This document shows, in pieces, positions 35,116 through 36,464 of a stretch of 36,464 nucleotides of DNA; the first letter of the stretch is position 1, and each line of letters starts with the position of its first letter. The notes beneath the pieces were generated by a model. That model was not told the origin of the DNA and did no database searches. It saw only the letters and a program-made list of their open reading frames with translations. Source of the stretch: a virus (Duplodnaviria; Caudoviricetes); the IMG/VR virus record IMGVR_UViG_3300020161_002501, positions 1-36,464 of that record; one strand, written 5' to 3'. The position numbers and the translations under genes are program-made.

Positions 35116-35613
35116 TCTATTATAAAAGGAAAAGATGGAAGGTATTATAAACCTTGTCCCGAATGTAGTGAAATGCAAAGTTATTTAAGAAAAAACTATG
35201 CTTTAGAAAGCTTAAATCTTAAAAAATTATGCAAAAAATGTTCTAATAGAAAAACTGAAAATTGTTTTAGGGGTTGGCATAGAAATATACGCATTTCTTG
35301 GTTCAATAAATTTAAAACAGGTGCAGAAACTAGAGGAATATTGTGGGATTTATCTATTGATGATGTTGCTGATATTATGGAAAAGCAAAATTATAAATGC
35401 AATCTTACCAATTTGGATATAGAGTTTCCAAGTGTAGGACATCCACAAAAATCACCAGCATCTATTGATAGGATAGATAGTAAAATGGGGTATATTAAAG
35501 ATAATATACAATTAGTAGTAAAGGATATAAATATGATGAAGCAGGGATATTCCCAAGAACATTTTATAGAGCTCTGTAGATATGTTACAGAAAACATTAA
35601 AATAAAAAAATAA
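35113..35613 (+). CDS. Putative free-standing HNH-like (beta-beta-alpha-Me) endonuclease with an N-terminal Zn ribbon
   Basis: CPEC...CKKC; C-terminal KCNLT...SIDRIDSKMGYIKDNIQLV...INMMK, a pattern typical of phage HNH-like endonucleases. Confidence 0.7.
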   Translation: MSIIKGKDGRYYKPCPECSEMQSYLRKNYALESLNLKKLCKKCSNRKTENCFRGWHRNIRISWFNKFKTGAETRGILWDLSIDDVADIMEKQNYKCNLTNLDIEFPSVGHPQKSPASIDRIDSKMGYIKDNIQLVVKDINMMKQGYSQEHFIELCRYVTENIKIKK

Positions 35614-35619
35614 CATAAA

Positions 35620-35931
35620 ATGAAATCTTTTCAACAGTTTATTTCAGAAAGCGTCAATATTGCAGGAGATTTCAACGGAAATCTTTATATGAATTCTTCA
35701 CAACCAGAAGAAGCAAAAGAGTCTTTTGTTGCCGATGTGGTTTGGGAGGGGAAAATATATAGATTGGAGGTTGAGGGTAAAATTATGAGCAAAAATGAAC
35801 TTGCAGAGCAACTCCAAGGAGAATATCCAGGAGCAATTGTTCATAACATTTATCCACAACAATCACAAAGTTCTTTAAGAATCAAAAATTCACAAAGATA
35901 TCAACCAGAAAGACTAACTTGGACTGATTAA
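35620..35931 (+). CDS. Hypothetical protein with a capsid-targeting-sequence-like N-terminus (103 aa)
   Basis: Begins MKSFQQFISE, compared with MKTYQEFIAE in the T4 internal proteins. Confidence 0.75.
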   Translation: MKSFQQFISESVNIAGDFNGNLYMNSSQPEEAKESFVADVVWEGKIYRLEVEGKIMSKNELAEQLQGEYPGAIVHNIYPQQSQSSLRIKNSQRYQPERLTWTD

Positions 35932-35933
35932 TT

Positions 35934-36464
35934 ATGGCACAATTTAATAAAAACACGCAGGACTTTCTGAATCAAGAAAGGACGCTTTTTGAGGTGAATA
36001 TGATCGCCAATAAAAATGGCGAAGTAGTTACTTATGATAATCCATTTCCAGTATCTCTAGGAAGTTCAACAATTACAATTGTTGGTGACATTACAATTCC
36101 AACAACTGTAAGTGTTGCAAGTTCTCCTACAAATCCAGTTCATAATCACATCACAGAAGTTGGAACAACTGACATTTTAAATGTTCCATACCTTCCAGTA
36201 GGTATTGGAACCAATAATTTAAATCTTACATATCTTCCAGTTGGCATTTCTTCATTACTGAATACTGTAAGTATAGGAAATACAGTATCAATATCCAACA
36301 CTTCATTCTACATAACCAATCCAGTCACAACAGTTGCAGTATCAGGTATTGGTTCTACAGTCACAGTTCAAGGCACAGTAGGAATTGGAACAACAGGGCA
36401 AGTATCACTCAATCTCAATAGTGCTCCTGTAAGTTCCAGTAATCCTCTACCAGTCACAGGAACA
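35934..36464 (+). CDS. 3'-truncated putative virion structural protein
   Basis: Open from ATG 35934 to the window end: MAQFNKNTQDFLNQERTLFEVNMIANKNGEVVTYDNPFPVSLG...; Thr/Val/Ser/Gly-rich beta-repeat character (NPxPV, YLPVGI repeats). Confidence 0.75.
   Translation, partial: MAQFNKNTQDFLNQERTLFEVNMIANKNGEVVTYDNPFPVSLGSSTITIVGDITIPTTVSVASSPTNPVHNHITEVGTTDILNVPYLPVGIGTNNLNLTYLPVGISSLLNTVSIGNTVSISNTSFYITNPVTTVAVSGIGSTVTVQGTVGIGTTGQVSLNLNSAPVSSSNPLPVTGT

Noticed and set aside
9960-35597. Short antisense or out-of-frame ORFs inside structural genes (e.g. 9960..10160, 14363..14551, 28799..29155, 30335..30721)
   Set aside because: They are fully nested in long, well-supported genes, have low-information translations and show no expression signals.
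1-36464. tRNA/rRNA genes, introns/inteins, reverse transcriptase or diversity-generating retroelement
   Set aside because: I saw no cloverleaf, intein-like C...HN, RT motifs or TR/VR pairs by eye, and the structural ORFs are uninterrupted. A tRNAscan/Infernal run would be needed to be certain.

Overview
Fragment of a T4-like (myovirus) cyanophage genome. Every gene I can support is on the + strand, and the window has two very different parts. (1) Positions 1-~2980 are GC-rich (about 62-66% by eye) and hold 11 tiny ORFs (52-87 aa). Every ORF ends in TGA, and most are preceded by a conserved intergenic cassette. The cassette is a stop codon, then a GC-rich inverted repeat with a sigma70 -35 hexamer (TTGACN) in its loop, then a -10 box (TAnnAT) and a 22-26 nt C/A-rich stretch up to the ATG. 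The stems differ in sequence but keep their pairing, and left and right halves of the cassettes are reassorted between copies. This suggests a shuffled array of hairpin-promoter early-gene cassettes and is the most interesting feature here. The cargo includes a winged-helix protein and a KTSC-like protein. (2) After a repeat-rich non-coding junction (~2850-3180) the DNA becomes AT-rich (~30% GC). It encodes an AbrB-like protein, a GT-A-fold protein, small conserved ORFs and speD, then the late structural module: gp25, gp6, a 4239-aa gp7-like wedge protein, gp8, a VrlC/DUF4815-like protein, gp13, gp14, gp15 and gp16. The module continues with a modular basic protein that may be an internal-head polyprotein, an HNH-like endonuclease whose start codon is sequestered in a hairpin, a protein with a capsid-targeting-like N-terminus, and a truncated structural ORF. 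T4 late promoters (TATAAATA) precede several late genes. All family calls come from motif recognition by eye; no database search was run.
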